This document shows positions 49,823 through 61,674 of a DNA stretch of 64,000 nucleotides, one piece after another. The translations under genes and the position numbers were made by a program. The stretch lies in assembly GCA_002269645.1 (NCBI GenBank), contig NIVC01002656.1, positions 183,846 through 247,845 on the forward strand, read 5' to 3'. The first letter of the stretch is position 1; every line of letters starts with the position of its first letter. The notes beneath the pieces were generated by a model. It was not told where the DNA came from, ran no database searches, and saw nothing but the letters and a program-made list of their open reading frames with translations. This DNA is from Macrostomum lignano. Taxonomy: Eukaryota.

Positions 49823-50373
49823 CTGCTCCGTAAGCTTCATCGATGGCCTTCGCGATTTACTATGGGGCGACGAGTCCGATTGGGAGCTGGGCGGGCAGCG
49901 GCAGGCCAGCTTCCGGCTTGGCGCTTGGACCGGGCCCGCTCAGTGGCGGCGCAAATGCCGCCTGACATCTATCGGCGGCGTGTTCGGACCGGCCAGGCTG
50001 CCAGCAGCCGCCGCAGCCGAACAGTCGCATGACAATCCGGCTGACCAGGGCGAGTCCGCTGCCGGCCCGCCGTCTGCAAAGCGGCCTCGTCGATCAACAA
50101 CGGCTGCCGCGGCCGCCTTGAAGGCCCAAACCAACCGACTGTTAAGCGCCGAACGGATCGACTGGCTCGCCAAGCTGGCTAAGCCGCAGCGGACCGACAA
50201 TAAAATGAGCGACTGCGTTGTGAACGCCAATATGAATCGGGTCCTGGATTTGCCGCCACCAGCTGCGCCTCGGGCCTCGACTATTGGCCCGGATAATTCT
50301 GTTGCTTTTTTTAAGGGCGGCTTATTGAGCCTTACTATTGATAGTCGGCACGTGGTTCGGTTTAGCGCCGCTG
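49823..50373 (+). CDS. NCAPH: NCAPH exon
   Basis: taccag acceptor, phase 2; GAWTGPAQWR matches NCAPH WAGPDHWR; G|gtgagt donor, phase 1. Confidence 0.88.
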
Positions 50374-50499
50374 GTGAGTTTTAGTCATTCTTGATTGGTG
50401 GAGAGATTCGCGAGCTCTGATTGGCTGCGGGTCGCTTTACAATGTCGAAATTTTACATCATTGGAATCAAATTCATGGGACAATGGGATCTCTAATTAG

Positions 50500-50950
50500 G
50501 GAATCATACCTGACTAACAGGCTCTAATTAGCAATTAGTACCTGACTAGCGGGGTCTCTAATTGGGGATTAGTACCTGACTAGCGGGGTCACTAATTAGG
50601 TATTAATACCTGACTAGCGGGGTCTCTAATTACGTATTACTACCTGACTAGTAGGATCTCTAATTAGGGATTAATACCTGACTAGTAGGATCTCTAATTA
50701 GGGATTAATACCTGACTAGTAGGATCTCTAATTAGGGATTAATACCTGACTAGTAGGATCTCTAATTATGGACAGTGGGACCTCCATAATTAGGGATTTA
50801 TACCTGAGTAATAGGATCTCTAATTAGGGATTAATACCTGACTAGCGGGGTCTCTAACTAGGGATTACTACCTGTCTAGTAAGGATCTCTAATTATGGAC
50901 AGTGGGACCTCCATAATTAGGGATTTATACCGGAGTAATGGTATCTCTAA
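50500..50950. repeat. 34-bp minisatellite AATACCTGACTAGTAGGATCTCTAATTAGGGATT in NCAPH intron
   Basis: About 12 diverged copies. Confidence 0.88.
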
Positions 50951-51119
50951 TTAGATTTTATTAACTGAATAGTTTTTGACAGTGTGAAAATTTTGACGTT
51001 TTGAAATTTCGACAATGGGAAATTGAGTCGTTGGTTGTGTAGCAAGAGAGTGAAGGTTGAGGGGGGCTGTACACCGAGGCTCATTTAAGCTCCACATTGA
51101 ATAAACGATGAACTCTCAG

Positions 51120-51526
51120 ATGTCGGCAAGCAGACGGACACTGGCAGCGACGAAGAAGATTGTAGCGACGACTCTAACAACAATCGGCGCCCTGCTCTGC
51201 ACGACTTTGCCGGCGTTAACGAAGACGAGGACGATCATCATGGCGGCTATGAAGAATTCGACGAAGGCTACGAGGGCGCGACGAGGTCTTTTGCTAATTT
51301 TCGAACTGCTCTCGACGCTGAAGGCGTTGGAGATAATCAGGACTACGATATGCTGAACTGCTCTGATCAGCAGCGGCTTTGGCAGCAGCAGAAGAGCGGT
51401 TTCCTAGATAATATGTCGCAGGCGCCTGGCTATCAGGTGCGTCAGGTCATGATCGACTACGCCAAGACTGCTAAGCGGATTAACGTTAAACGGCTTAAGA
51501 CTAGCATGTGGCGACTGTTGGCTCAG
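51120..51526 (+). CDS. NCAPH: NCAPH exon
   Basis: ctctcag acceptor, phase 1; acidic stretch then IDYAKTAKRINVKRLKTSMWRLL (C-terminal kleisin motif); CAG|gtacaa donor. Confidence 0.92.
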
Positions 51527-51616
51527 GTACAAAATATTTGTTCGAGGCACATTGATTCTGATGCAGTCCTTGAAATTTTCCACAACATTGTTCCATTGTT
51601 GCTGAGCAGTGCACCA

Positions 51617-51962
51617 TGATTTCAATCCTGTACACAATGATCTCAAATCCTGTACACTATGATCTCCAATCCTGTACACTATGATCTCCAATCCTGTACA
51701 CTATGATCTCAAATCCTGTACACTATGATCTCAAATCCTGTACACTATGATCCCAAATCCTGTACACTATGATCTCAAATCCTGTACATTATGATCTCAA
51801 ATCCTGTACATTATGATCTCAAATCCTGTACACTTATGATCTCAAATCCTGTAGACTATGATCTCAAATCCTGTACATTATGATGTCAAATCCTGTACAT
51901 CATAATCACAATCCTGTACAGCATTATCTCAATCTTGTACACCATGACCTCAATCCTGTCCA
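51617..51962. repeat. 22-bp minisatellite ATGATCTCAAATCCTGTACACT in NCAPH intron
   Basis: About 15 copies, degenerating to the right. Confidence 0.92.
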
Positions 51963-52089
51963 ATCAGCATGACCCAATTCCTATGGCGCTATCTTCTACA
52001 ACACACCTTTAAAATCAGTATACTGCTGCCCAATACTGAGTGCAACCGCCTGTCATTTCCAACTGTTTGCGCTCTCTCACTAAATCCAG

Positions 52090-52308
52090 CCGGACGGCAT
52101 AGGAATTGAGAATCAGCAGCAGCCCGCCAGCAGCAGTCAGGAAAGCGCCGCTGCCGCGGACGCCGAGGATCAATGGATGCCCGACTCGCCGGCTTCGTTT
52201 GCCAGCATGCTGGAGCTGCTGCCTCGTCAACTTGGCAGCGCTGCCGCTGTGGAGGATCTGTCCGTGTCTATAGTGTTCACCTGTCTGCTGTACCTGGCAA
52301 ATGAGAAG
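52090..52308 (+). CDS. NCAPH: NCAPH exon
   Basis: atccag acceptor, phase 0; FASMLELLP...LSVSIVFTCLLYLANEK; AAG|gtgagg donor. Confidence 0.93.
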
Positions 52309-52438
52309 GTGAGGACCAGAGAAATCCATCTTTCTTTCATAGCTTATCGAAAATTTTGATGGTAAAATGCGATGATAGGCTACTATCAGTAGCGTACAGA
52401 GGCCTGATTTTTCTTATCTCCCCGTGATCACCTTGCAG

Positions 52439-52678
52439 AAACTGGATCTATCTTCATCGGCTAGTCTAGCTGATATCATCGTGAGTCCAAAAGCTCCCGA
52501 CGATCCGGAACTGCTGGCTGCGCAGGGGCTGAAACTGCTGACAGCCAAGAAAAGCAAGACAAAGATGAAGAAACTAAAGAAGCCCGCTCGCAGTGGTCAG
52601 GGTGAAAAGCGCCAATACACCCTGAACGAAATCTGGGGATCCAGCGATGAAGATGATGAGGCAGATGAAGTTGTCTGA
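52439..52678 (+). CDS. NCAPH: NCAPH last exon with a basic/acidic C-terminal extension
   Basis: ttgcag acceptor, phase 0; KLDLSSSASLADIIV continues the kleisin C-terminus; TGA at 52676. Confidence 0.85.
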   Translation, partial: KLDLSSSASLADIIVSPKAPDDPELLAAQGLKLLTAKKSKTKMKKLKKPARSGQGEKRQYTLNEIWGSSDEDDEADEVV

Positions 52679-53132
52679 TTTAAAAAATAATTAAGATTCC
52701 AATTTTTAGACTAAAGGAAAGCTGATTAGTTTAAGCAAAAGGTGCAGCAAAACATTTCTTTAGAATTAGAATCCAACCTTGGTCGAATTAGCATCTGCGT
52801 TTTTATCTGTTTAGGTGCTCAAATTTCGAAGAGCCTACTGCTAGTAGCTCTTTTTGTCAAACTTATTTTCAAAAAATGTTCCAATTTTGTTCTCAAGATC
52901 TTTGTGTGCCTATTATTTTTCACATTTAAATGCTTCTTTGCAATTTGATTCACATTGTAGTGCACGCCAATTACAAATAGGCTTTGCAATTGTTTTTTTG
53001 TGCAGTCTAGCACTGTCTATTATTCTATTTGTAATGTGACTGTTGATCACATTGTACCCATTTTTGTTCACCTTTCAGGTGTGAGAGACAGATCGGAGTG
53101 CCAGTGCAATAGTGTTAGTGCGTAGTGTCAAT

Positions 53133-53692
53133 GTGGCAGCCAATCACAGTGCATCTAGGAGAGAGATAAGAGTCACAGTGTTATCAGTAAAGTGCGGCAG
53201 CCAATCACAGTGCATCTAGGAGAGAGATAAGAGTCACAGTGTTATCAGTAAAGTGCGGCAGCCAATCACAGTGCATCTAGGATAGAGATAAGAGTCACAG
53301 TGTTATCAGTAAAGTGCGGCAGCCAATCGCAGTGCATCTAAAAGAGAGATAAGAGTCAGTGTTATCAGTAAAGTGCGGCAGCCAATCGCAGTGCATCTAA
53401 AAGAGAGATAAGAGTCAGTGTTATCAGTAAAGTGCGGCAGCCAATCACAGTGCATCTAGGAGAGAGATAAGAGTCACAGTGTTATCAGTAAAGTGCGGCA
53501 GCCAATCGCAGTGCATCTAGGATAGAGATAAGAGTCACAGTGTTATCAGTAAAGTGCGGCAGCCAATCGCAGTGCATCTAGGATAGAGATAAGAGTCACA
53601 GTGTTATCAGTAGAGTGCGGCAGCCAATCGCAGTGCATCTAAAAGAGGGATAAGAGTCAGTGTTATCAGTAAAGCGCGGCAGCCAATCACAA
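53133..53692. repeat. 61/59-bp minisatellite with CCAAT and GATA motifs, about 9 copies
   Basis: GCAGCCAATCACAGTGCATCTAGGAGAGAGATAAGAGTCACAGTGTTATCAGTAAAGTGCG. Confidence 0.95.
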
Positions 53693-54252
53693 TGCTGCTA
53701 AAGCGATAAAACAAAGGTCCTCGTGTACTTTCCGAGCTTTATTTTCATTCTTTTGCAATATCGGAAAACATTTGTAGCATTTGTTTATTTTTTGCAAAAA
53801 CATATCCTAAAGCGCACCTAATTTGTTTTCTATTGTTCTTTATTATCACTTGCTTTTCTAAGCAGTTTCGTCCAAGTTTAACATCAATTGCAATTCCCGC
53901 AAAGCATAAGCAAATCTGCATTAATATTAGCCAGTAAAAATCTCACAGTAAATTGGTGCTGTATTTTTCCAGATATTCAGTTTTTTAGTTTTGCTGTTTA
54001 AAAGAAAGCATTTTTATTTGGTTTTTCTTGCAAAAGAATGGCTTGCCAAAATACAAGCAGCTTGCTCAACTGCTTCTCGCAGCTTTTTACGCTGTTCTGA
54101 ATTTCAGAAGTACTATTTGTACTTTGATTGCCAGTACAACTACAATAGAAATATAGAATTTGTAAGCATTGGTATCCCCTGTGAGACTCTTACTTCGGAG
54201 GCTAATGAGATCTCTGCACATTGTGGTACGCTTTTCTCTCAGAAATCTCCCT

Positions 54253-54665
54253 CATGAGATTCCACCCACAATCTCCACCCATGAGATTCCACTTACAATC
54301 TCCACCCATGAGATTCCACTTACAATCTCCACCTATGAGATTCCACCCACATTCTCAACCCATGAGATTCCACTTACAATCTCCACCCATGAGATTCCAC
54401 TTACAATCTCCACCCATGAGATTCCACTTACAATCTCCACCCATGAGATTCCACTTACAATCTCCACCCATGAGATTCCACCCACAATCTCCACCCATGA
54501 GATTCAACCCACAAATTTCCATCCATAAGATTTCACCCACAAATTTCAGCCCATGAGATTCCACCCACAATCTCCACTTATGAGATTCCACCCACAATCT
54601 CCACCTATGAGATTCCACCCACAATCTCCACCTATGAGATTCCAACCACAAATTTCCATCCATGA
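54253..54665. repeat. 27-bp minisatellite ATGAGATTCCACTTACAATCTCCACCC, about 15 copies
   Basis: Direct inspection. Confidence 0.94.
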
Positions 54666-54782
54666 TATTCCACAGTTTTTATGAAGTTTTATGCATTTTT
54701 TTTCTATTTTACTTCAATTTTGCATCAAAATAGTTCATTATTACTACTTAACTACTTACAGCGGCAGTAGTACAGCTGCGAC

Positions 54783-55097
54783 ATGGATCGGTTTCGGGCT
54801 TCGCTAACAGCCGGGGAGTTGCATTATTTGTCTAGCAGCAACACTAAGCCCTATCGGCTATTTAAGCAGGACAGATCTCCGGTTATCGCTGCGGCTGTTA
54901 AAGGCAAAGCTTTCGATCGGAAGCTCAAGTCTGAGTGGGCCGCGCTGGACTTGTCGTCTAAGCTATACTACTGCCAGCGTGCCGACTGCTTTCCTGACAA
55001 GAGGAAGCTGGACTTCATCCGCCAGTGCAGGTTTCATGCGGCGTCTTCGTCAACTAGCGAAAACTATGATTTAGACTTCGAGCGGAAGCCTTGTGGG
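54783..55097 (+). CDS. HMG-box-like protein, exon 1
   Basis: KPYRLFKQDRSPVIAAAVKGKAFDRKLKSEWAALDLSSKLYYCQRA fits the HMG-box pattern (Y-x-L-F...W-x-x-L...K-x-x-Y); GGG|gtgagt donor, phase 0. Confidence 0.65.
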
Positions 55098-55415
55098 GTG
55101 AGTCACCGGAGCTATAGTTGTGTGTGTCTTCGGCTCAGCGGAAGCCTTGTGGGGTGAGTCACCGGAGCTATAGTTGTGTGTGTGTGCGGCTCAGCGGAAG
55201 CCTTGTGGGGTGAGTCAGCGGAGCTATAGTTGTGTGTGTGTGCGGCTCAGCGGAAGCCTTGTGGGGTGAGTCACCGGAGCTATAGTTGTGTGTGTGTGCG
55301 GCTCAGCGGAAGCCTTGTGGGGTGAGTCACCGGAGCTATAGTTGTGTGTGTGTGCGGCTCAGCGGAAGCCTTGTGGGGTGAGTCACCGGAGCTATAGTTG
55401 TGTGTGTGCGGCTCA
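55083..55415 (+). repeat. 56-bp tandem repeat made of the exon-1 end plus donor, 6 copies
   Basis: CGGAAGCCTTGTGGG|GTGAGTCACCGGAGCTATAGTTGTGTGTGTGTGCGGCTCAG. Confidence 0.97.
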
Positions 55416-55459
55416 CTGGCCCCATAGTTTCGCTTATTCATATTGGGCAGAAACACTTT

Positions 55460-56105
55460 GATTCTCAACTACACCCTCAGATCCTCAGCAATGCTCTCAG
55501 ATCCTCAGCAACACTCTCAAATCCTCAGTACCACTCTCAGATCCTCAGCAGCACTCTCAAATCCTCAACCACACTCTCAGATCCTCAGCTGCACTCTCAG
55601 ATCCTCAGCAGCACTCTCAGATCCTCAGCTGAACTCTCAGATCCTCAGCAACACTCTCAAATCCTCAGTACCACTCCCAGATCCTCAGCAGCACTCTCAA
55701 ATCCTCAACCACTCTCTCAGATCCTCAGCAATACTCTCAGATCCTCAGCAACACTCTCAGATCCTCAGCAACAATCTCAGATCCTCAATCACATTCTCAG
55801 ATCCTTAGCAACACTCTCAAATCCTCAGCAACACTCTCAGATCCTCAACAATACTCTCAGATCCTCAGCAACACTCTCAGATCCTCAGCTGCACTCTCAA
55901 ATCCTCAGCCACACTCTCAGATCCTCAGCAACACTCTCAATCCTCAGCTGCACTCTCAAATCCTCAACCACACTCTCAGATCCTCAGCCGCACTCTCTGA
56001 TCCTCAGCAGCACTCTCAAATCCTCAATCACACTCTCAGATCCTCAACCACACTCTCAGATCCTCAGCTGCACTCTCAGTTCCTCAGCAACACTCTCTGA
56101 TCCTA
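55460..56105. repeat. 20-bp minisatellite CACTCTCAGATCCTCAGCAA, about 32 copies
   Basis: Direct inspection; same intron as the 56-bp array. Confidence 0.93.
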
Positions 56106-56159
56106 AGGCTGAGCCGTACCTCTCAATTGTCAAAGTTAATGTCCATTAAAATATCCCAG

Positions 56160-56804
56160 CCGCTATCCCCTATCCATGAGCAACCCTATCCAACTCCTCA
56201 TTGGCAAACAAAGACACCAAAAGCAGCTCCGGGCAAAGCTGCATCGTCTGCTTCAACATCGGCTTCGGCTTCTTCCGCTGCTGCAACTGCCGCTAGCGGC
56301 ATCGGGCGCTACCAGCCGATCCGGCCGCGCCTGCTGCCGCCATTCCAGTCGCTTCTGTCTCGCCGAGTCGCTTCAGACCCGGCCGGCAGCAGCTCGGTTG
56401 ACGACTCCGTACAGCTGATTGGCATCGAGTATCCGCCTGCGGCTAAGCGGCCCCGAGTTGCCGCTAGTAGCACTGTCCGGCCGCCGCCACTATTGCCAGC
56501 GTCCTCAGCCACATCAACGCCATCGTCGGCCAATTCAACTGCCGCGTTTCAATTGCCGCTGCCGCCTCAGCAGCAGCAGCAACAGCAGCAACAGCCTATC
56601 GCGCTATCTTTGCCAGTTCCTCACTACTGCGCCTATAACAGTCATCCTGGCTTCAATAATAATTGTTCGCTTCAAATTTCTCCGCCCTCAATACAGCCGC
56701 CGCCGCCGCCGCCGCCGCAATTTCAACAACCCCGATATCAGCAGCAGCAGCAATCTGTTTACAATTCTTACTGGCAATTTTATTATTCGGCCTATTGCGC
56801 CAAT

Positions 56805-56838
<34 letters not shown>

Positions 56839-57587
56839 TACCGCAGCAGTCGATGCCGAGTTATTACGATCAGGCGCGTTACTACCAGCATCCTTATCAG
56901 CAGCAGCATCGGCCAGTCGCCTATACCGCCTATACTGCACCCAGCCCTGCTGGCTACTATGGAAGACGCGATGTCGCCTCCCAGTTTCCATCGGCTACGC
57001 CTCCGCCGCCACCGTCTCTTCCTCAGCCCCCGGCTCAGGCCTCGATGACGTCATCGGCTTTCTACTCGTATTCTCCAGACGCTTATCTCTTTAGTAGCGA
57101 CTGCGGCCTGGACGAGCAGTTTCAGCGGCAGTTTTTGTCGGATTCGCCATCGACGCTGATGCAGTATCATCATCAGCAGCAGCCGCAGCAGAAGACAGCT
57201 TGCTTTTGCCAGCAACAGCATCAACAGCAGCAGTCGCGAGAACAACAAGATTCTAGCAGATTCTCCAGTGCCGACAGTAGCGGATTGTCCGACAATTATT
57301 ATTATAACTACGGTTCTTATTATGGCAATGACGGTGGCCGCTCGCCCAACACTCAGCTGCTCAATAACAACGACAACAACAACAACAACAATAACAATAA
57401 CAGCAGCAACGATTGCCGACTATCCACACCGGAGTGCCCCGTGCCAACCGAATCGCGTGATTTTCAATTTGAAGACGATGACGAGGATGATGAAGAAGAG
57501 AGCCTGGAGACTGACCCCAGCGACGGAACAGCTGTGGTTAGCGAAAGCGCCTACGTTAAAGCTGAAGATACAAAGCCGTTTGATTGA
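56160..57587 (+). CDS. HMG-box-like protein, exon 2: long P/Q/S/Y/N low-complexity region (~580 aa in total)
   Basis: atcccag acceptor in phase 0 with exon 1; 1.4-kb open frame with GC-rich codon style, acidic tail and TGA. Confidence 0.72.
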
Positions 57588-58234
57588 AAGTAATCGGAGT
57601 TTTTTTAGATTGCTCTCAGGCATTTTCGCCGGCTTGATTTTTTGTAGAACATTTTGTACTTTTTAATATAGCGACCAAAAGACATTTATTTTCTATATCC
57701 GGTGCTAAACATTGCGTCCGCGTTTTTTTGTTGTTGTTTTTGTTTTGTTTTCACGTTTTCTCTGTAGTATTTTGAGCTGTTTGAACGATTTCTTTCAAGT
57801 CCGAGTGATCATAAAAAAGCAGGATTAACCTACAGCTCACGCTAGCATTTAGTGAAAAATTAAATAATGCTTTTTTGTCCTCTGTTTACTTTTTGTTCCT
57901 ATTGTTCTCTGTGTCTGATTATGCTGCAGTGTGTTTAAATTGGATTTTTACCAGACCTCGCCAACCTGATTATTCAATCATAGACTGACGCGCCTTGCAC
58001 TCTGGTTTGTACACTTAGCATTGCATGGGTGCGTTTGCATTTGACTCTGTCAGAATAGGTACTTGCTTTTCAGTTTTTTTTCAACTCTTTATATAATCTC
58101 TGTCACTCTTGCTGCTCCTGCTGGAGCTTTTCACCGAAATATATAAGTGCACAATTTTGTTCAATTAATACTGTCTGTTGTGGCGGCTGATGTTGTCTTC
58201 ATCAGTTTTAGTATATGGATTATGTGAAATTATC

Positions 58235-59205
58235 TGTCTTTCTGCTCCCCTCAGTGTCCTTGAATGTGCCTCTCCGCTCCCCTTAGTGTCCTTGAATGTG
58301 GCTCTTCGCTCACCTCAGTGTCCTTGAATGTGCCTCTCCGTTCCCCTCAGTGTCCTTAAATGTGGCTCTCCGCTCCCCTCAGTGTCCTTGAATGTGGCTC
58401 TCCGCTCCCCTTAGTGTCCTTGAATGTGGCTCTCCGCTCCCCTCAGTGTCCTTGAATGTGGCTCTTCGCTCCCCTCAGTGTCCTTGAATGTGCCTCTCCG
58501 CTCCCCTCAGTGTCCTTGAATGTGCCTCTCCGCTCCCCTCAGTGTCCTTGAATTGCCTCTCCGCTCCCCTCAGTGTCCTTGAATTGCCTCTCCGCTCCCC
58601 TCAGTGTCCTTGAATGTGCCTCTCCGCTCCCCTCAGTGTCCTTGAATTGCCTCTCCGCTCCCCTCAGTGTCCTTGAATGTGCCTCTCCGCTCCCCTCAGT
58701 GTCCTTGAATCTGCCTCTCCGCTCCCCTCAGTGTCCTTGACCCTGCCTCTCCGCTCCCCTCAGTGTCCTTGAATCTGCCTCTCCGCTCCCCTCAGTGTCC
58801 TTGACCCTGCCTCTCCGCTCCCCTCAGTGTCCTTGAATGTGCCTCTCTGCTCCCCTCAGTGTCCTTGAATTGCCTCTCCGCTCCCCTCAGTGTCCTTGAA
58901 TGTGCCTCTCCGCTCCCCTCAGTGTCCTTGAATGTGCCTCTCCGCTCCCCTCAGTGTCCTTGAATCTGCCTCTCCGCTCCCCTCAGTGTCCTTGAATCTG
59001 CCTCTCCGCTCCCTTCAGTGTCCTTGACCCTGCCTCTCCGCTCCCCTCAGTGTCCTTGAATTGCCTCTTCGCTCCCCTCAGTGTCCTTGAATGTGCCTCT
59101 CCGCTCCCCTCAGTGTCCTTGAATGTGCCTCTCCGCTCCCCTCAGTGTCCTTGAATCTGCCTCTCCGCTTCCCTCAGTGTCCTTGAATCTGCCTCTCCGC
59201 TCCAT
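58235..59205. repeat. 32-bp minisatellite CGCTCCCCTCAGTGTCCTTGAATGTGCCTCTC, left array, about 30 copies
   Basis: Direct inspection. Confidence 0.96.
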
Positions 59206-59459
59206 CTTTCAGTCCCTAAATCTGCCTCTTTGCCCCTCAATTATATCCAGTCTATTACGTAATCGGTAATATAGCTATTCTAAAAGCAGGCACATGAACC
59301 AGTGAAGCAGTCAGTTTCAACGTAAAATTGAAAAACAAAAGCCAACAATTTCAGCCGCTAATCGCCAAGACTCTGTCCACAGCCGGACCAGCTCTCTCAC
59401 TATTAGCTACTATCAGTAGACATTCAAGCTCTAGCTTTAAAAACATCAAAACTATAAAA

Positions 59460-60086
59460 ATGATTGCCCCAGCAGCGGAGCGCAACAAGGAGCCAATCTT
59501 GGCCATCATGCGGCAGTACGTGCCCGCTGATGGAGCCGCCTGCCGAATGCTGGAGATCGCGTCCGGCACCGGACAGCACTGTGCTCATCTGGCCGCCGGC
59601 CTGGCCGATCGCGGCCTTCAAATCCAGCCGTCCGAGATTGACAATCAAGACCAGAGCAGCAGCAGCAGCTTTGCCAGCATTGAGGCGCACTGCCGCAGCC
59701 TGTCTAATGTCTGCCTGCCGCCCATGCGGTTGGACATTTCTAAACGGCCGTGTCCGGAGCCGCCTTTCGGCCGGCCGGACATTATATTCTGCGCCAACAT
59801 GATTCACATCAGCTCCACGGCCGCTGTTGAAGGCCTGTTCGCCAATGCTGGCAACCTGCTGCCTGCCGGTGGCCGCCTCATCACCTACGGACCCTACGCT
59901 ATTGACGGCGCCATCTATCCGCAGAGTAACGCCGATTTTAATCGGTCGCTTCGCGCCCGAAATCCCGACTGGGGCCTGCGGGACACGGCCTATCTGGCCG
60001 GCTTGGCCGAGGCCGCCGGGATGGCCCTGTCGGCCAGGCACGAGATGCCGGCCAATAACTGGATGCTGGTCTTTGATAAGAGCTAG
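59460..60086 (+). CDS. METTL26: Methyltransferase-like 26 (DUF938 family), 208 aa, intronless
   Basis: MIAPAAERNKEPIL...LEIASGTGQH...ANMIHIS...LITYGPY...QSNADFNRSLRARNPDWGLRD...EMPANN matches METTL26 throughout; ATG at 59460 aligns with the family start. Confidence 0.96.
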   Translation: MIAPAAERNKEPILAIMRQYVPADGAACRMLEIASGTGQHCAHLAAGLADRGLQIQPSEIDNQDQSSSSSFASIEAHCRSLSNVCLPPMRLDISKRPCPEPPFGRPDIIFCANMIHISSTAAVEGLFANAGNLLPAGGRLITYGPYAIDGAIYPQSNADFNRSLRARNPDWGLRDTAYLAGLAEAAGMALSARHEMPANNWMLVFDKS

Positions 60087-60173
60087 ATAGGCTTTCTCTC
60101 TCAACTCGATGTAGGCATGAGCACGAACATTGATAGCAATGCGATGTGCTATTTGGAGCGCAGGTTATAACTA

Positions 60174-60589
60174 CTTGAATGTGGCTCTCCGCTCCCCTCA
60201 GTGTCCTTGAATGTGCCTCTCCGCTCCCCTCAGTGTCCTTGAATCTGCCTCTCCGCTCCCCTCAGTGTCCTTGAATCTGCCTCTCCGCTCCCTTCAGTGT
60301 CCTTGAATTGCCTCTCCGCTCCCCTCAGTGTCCTTGAATTGCCTCTTCGCTCCCCTCAGTGTCCTTGAATGTGCCTCTCCGCTCCCCTCAGTGTCCTTGA
60401 ATGTGCCTCTCCGCTCCCCTCAGTGTCCTTGAATCTGCCTCTCCGCTTCCCTCAGTGTCCTTGAATCTGCCTCTCCGCTCCCTTCAGTGTCCTTGAATGT
60501 GCCTCTCCGCTCCCCTCAGTGTCCTTGAATTGCCTCTCCGCTCCCCTCTGTCCTTGAATGTGCCTCTCCGCTCCCCTCAGTGTCCTTGA
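60174..60589. repeat. Same 32-bp minisatellite, right array, about 13 copies
   Basis: Same unit and orientation as 58235-59205. Confidence 0.96.
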
Positions 60590-60794
60590 TTCTTCATGTT
60601 TAGTACTGTTTATAGTAAACTGAATAATGGTTCAAGCATAATTTTTTTGTAAATTAATAGTTTTATTTAGTATGGACCTATTTATGAGCTTAATAAATAT
60701 ACTAGTTAGGATGTCTTCATTGTGTACAGTAGCTTGCTTATTAAATTATTTAATACTTCGGCTTTTTTCCAGAATTCCTATGTCTTTGTAGTAT

Positions 60795-61166
60795 ATCTCT
60801 GTCATCTCTTTCGCCTCTCCGACTTATTTGTCTACTCATATATACGAGTACTTATCTGTCTACTCATTTCTCTACTTACATGTCTACGGCTCGTACTCAT
60901 CTCTCTACTCATCTCTACTTATCTGTCTACTCATCTCTACTCATCTCTCTACTTATCTGTCTACTTTTCTGTCTACTCAACTCTCTACTTATCTGTCTAC
61001 TCATCTGTCTACTTTTCTGTCTACTTATATGTCTACTCATCTCTCTACTTATCTGTCTACTCATTTCTCTACTTATCTGTCTACTCATCTGTCTACTCAT
61101 TTCTTTACTTATCTGTCTACTCATCTCTCTAATTATCTGTCTACTCATTTCTCTACTCATCTCTCT
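60795..61166. repeat. Degenerate ~24-bp repeat (CTACTCATCTCTCTACTTATCTGT) ending ~33 nt before the RFC3 ATG
   Basis: Direct inspection. Confidence 0.88.
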
Positions 61167-61198
61167 GTCGCGCCACCCCTCAGAGCTGACCAGTCACA

Positions 61199-61589
61199 AT
61201 GAGTCTCTGGGTAGACAAGTACAGGCCCAAGCGGCTGGACAAGCTAGACTATCACACTGATCAAGCCGACCGCCTTCGAGCCCTGGTGGAGTCTGGCGAC
61301 TTCCCCCACCTGCTGGTGTACGGGCCCCCTGGGGCGGGCAAGAAGACTCGCATTCACGCGCTACTGCGGGAGCTGTACGGAGCCGGCGTTGAGCGGCTCC
61401 GGTTGGAGCAGCAGAGCTTCACCGCGCCGTCGAAACGGAAAGTTGAAATTGAAACTGTTTCGTCGAATTTTCATCTGGAGGTCAGTCCAGGCGATGCCGG
61501 CATCTACGATCGGGTTGTTGTCATGGAGTTGATTAAACAGGTGGCCTCGGTTAATCAGCTGGATGCCAGTCAGCAGCGCGAGTTTAAAG
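61199..61589 (+). CDS. RFC3: Replication factor C subunit 3, exon 1
   Basis: MSLWVDKYRP...DFPHLLVYGPPGAGKKTRI...SNFHLEVSPGDAGIYDRVVVMELIK; G|gtgatt donor, phase 1. Confidence 0.97.
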
Positions 61590-61674
61590 GTGATTTTGCT
61601 GTGTATTTGGGCAGCTGATTTGATTGTTGGTAGCAATATCTCTTTATAGATTACCGGTTATACTGGCTCCTTTT

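Noticed and set aside
50440-51017. 16-bp inverted match (14/16) around the NCAPH intron array as MITE ends
   Set aside because: It is AT-rich, short and has no TSD, so it could be chance.
59424-60104. 226-aa antisense ORF over METTL26, and similar shadows over NCAPH, RFC3 and the Q-rich genes
   Set aside because: These are expected shadow frames of GC-rich coding DNA and have no recognisable motifs.
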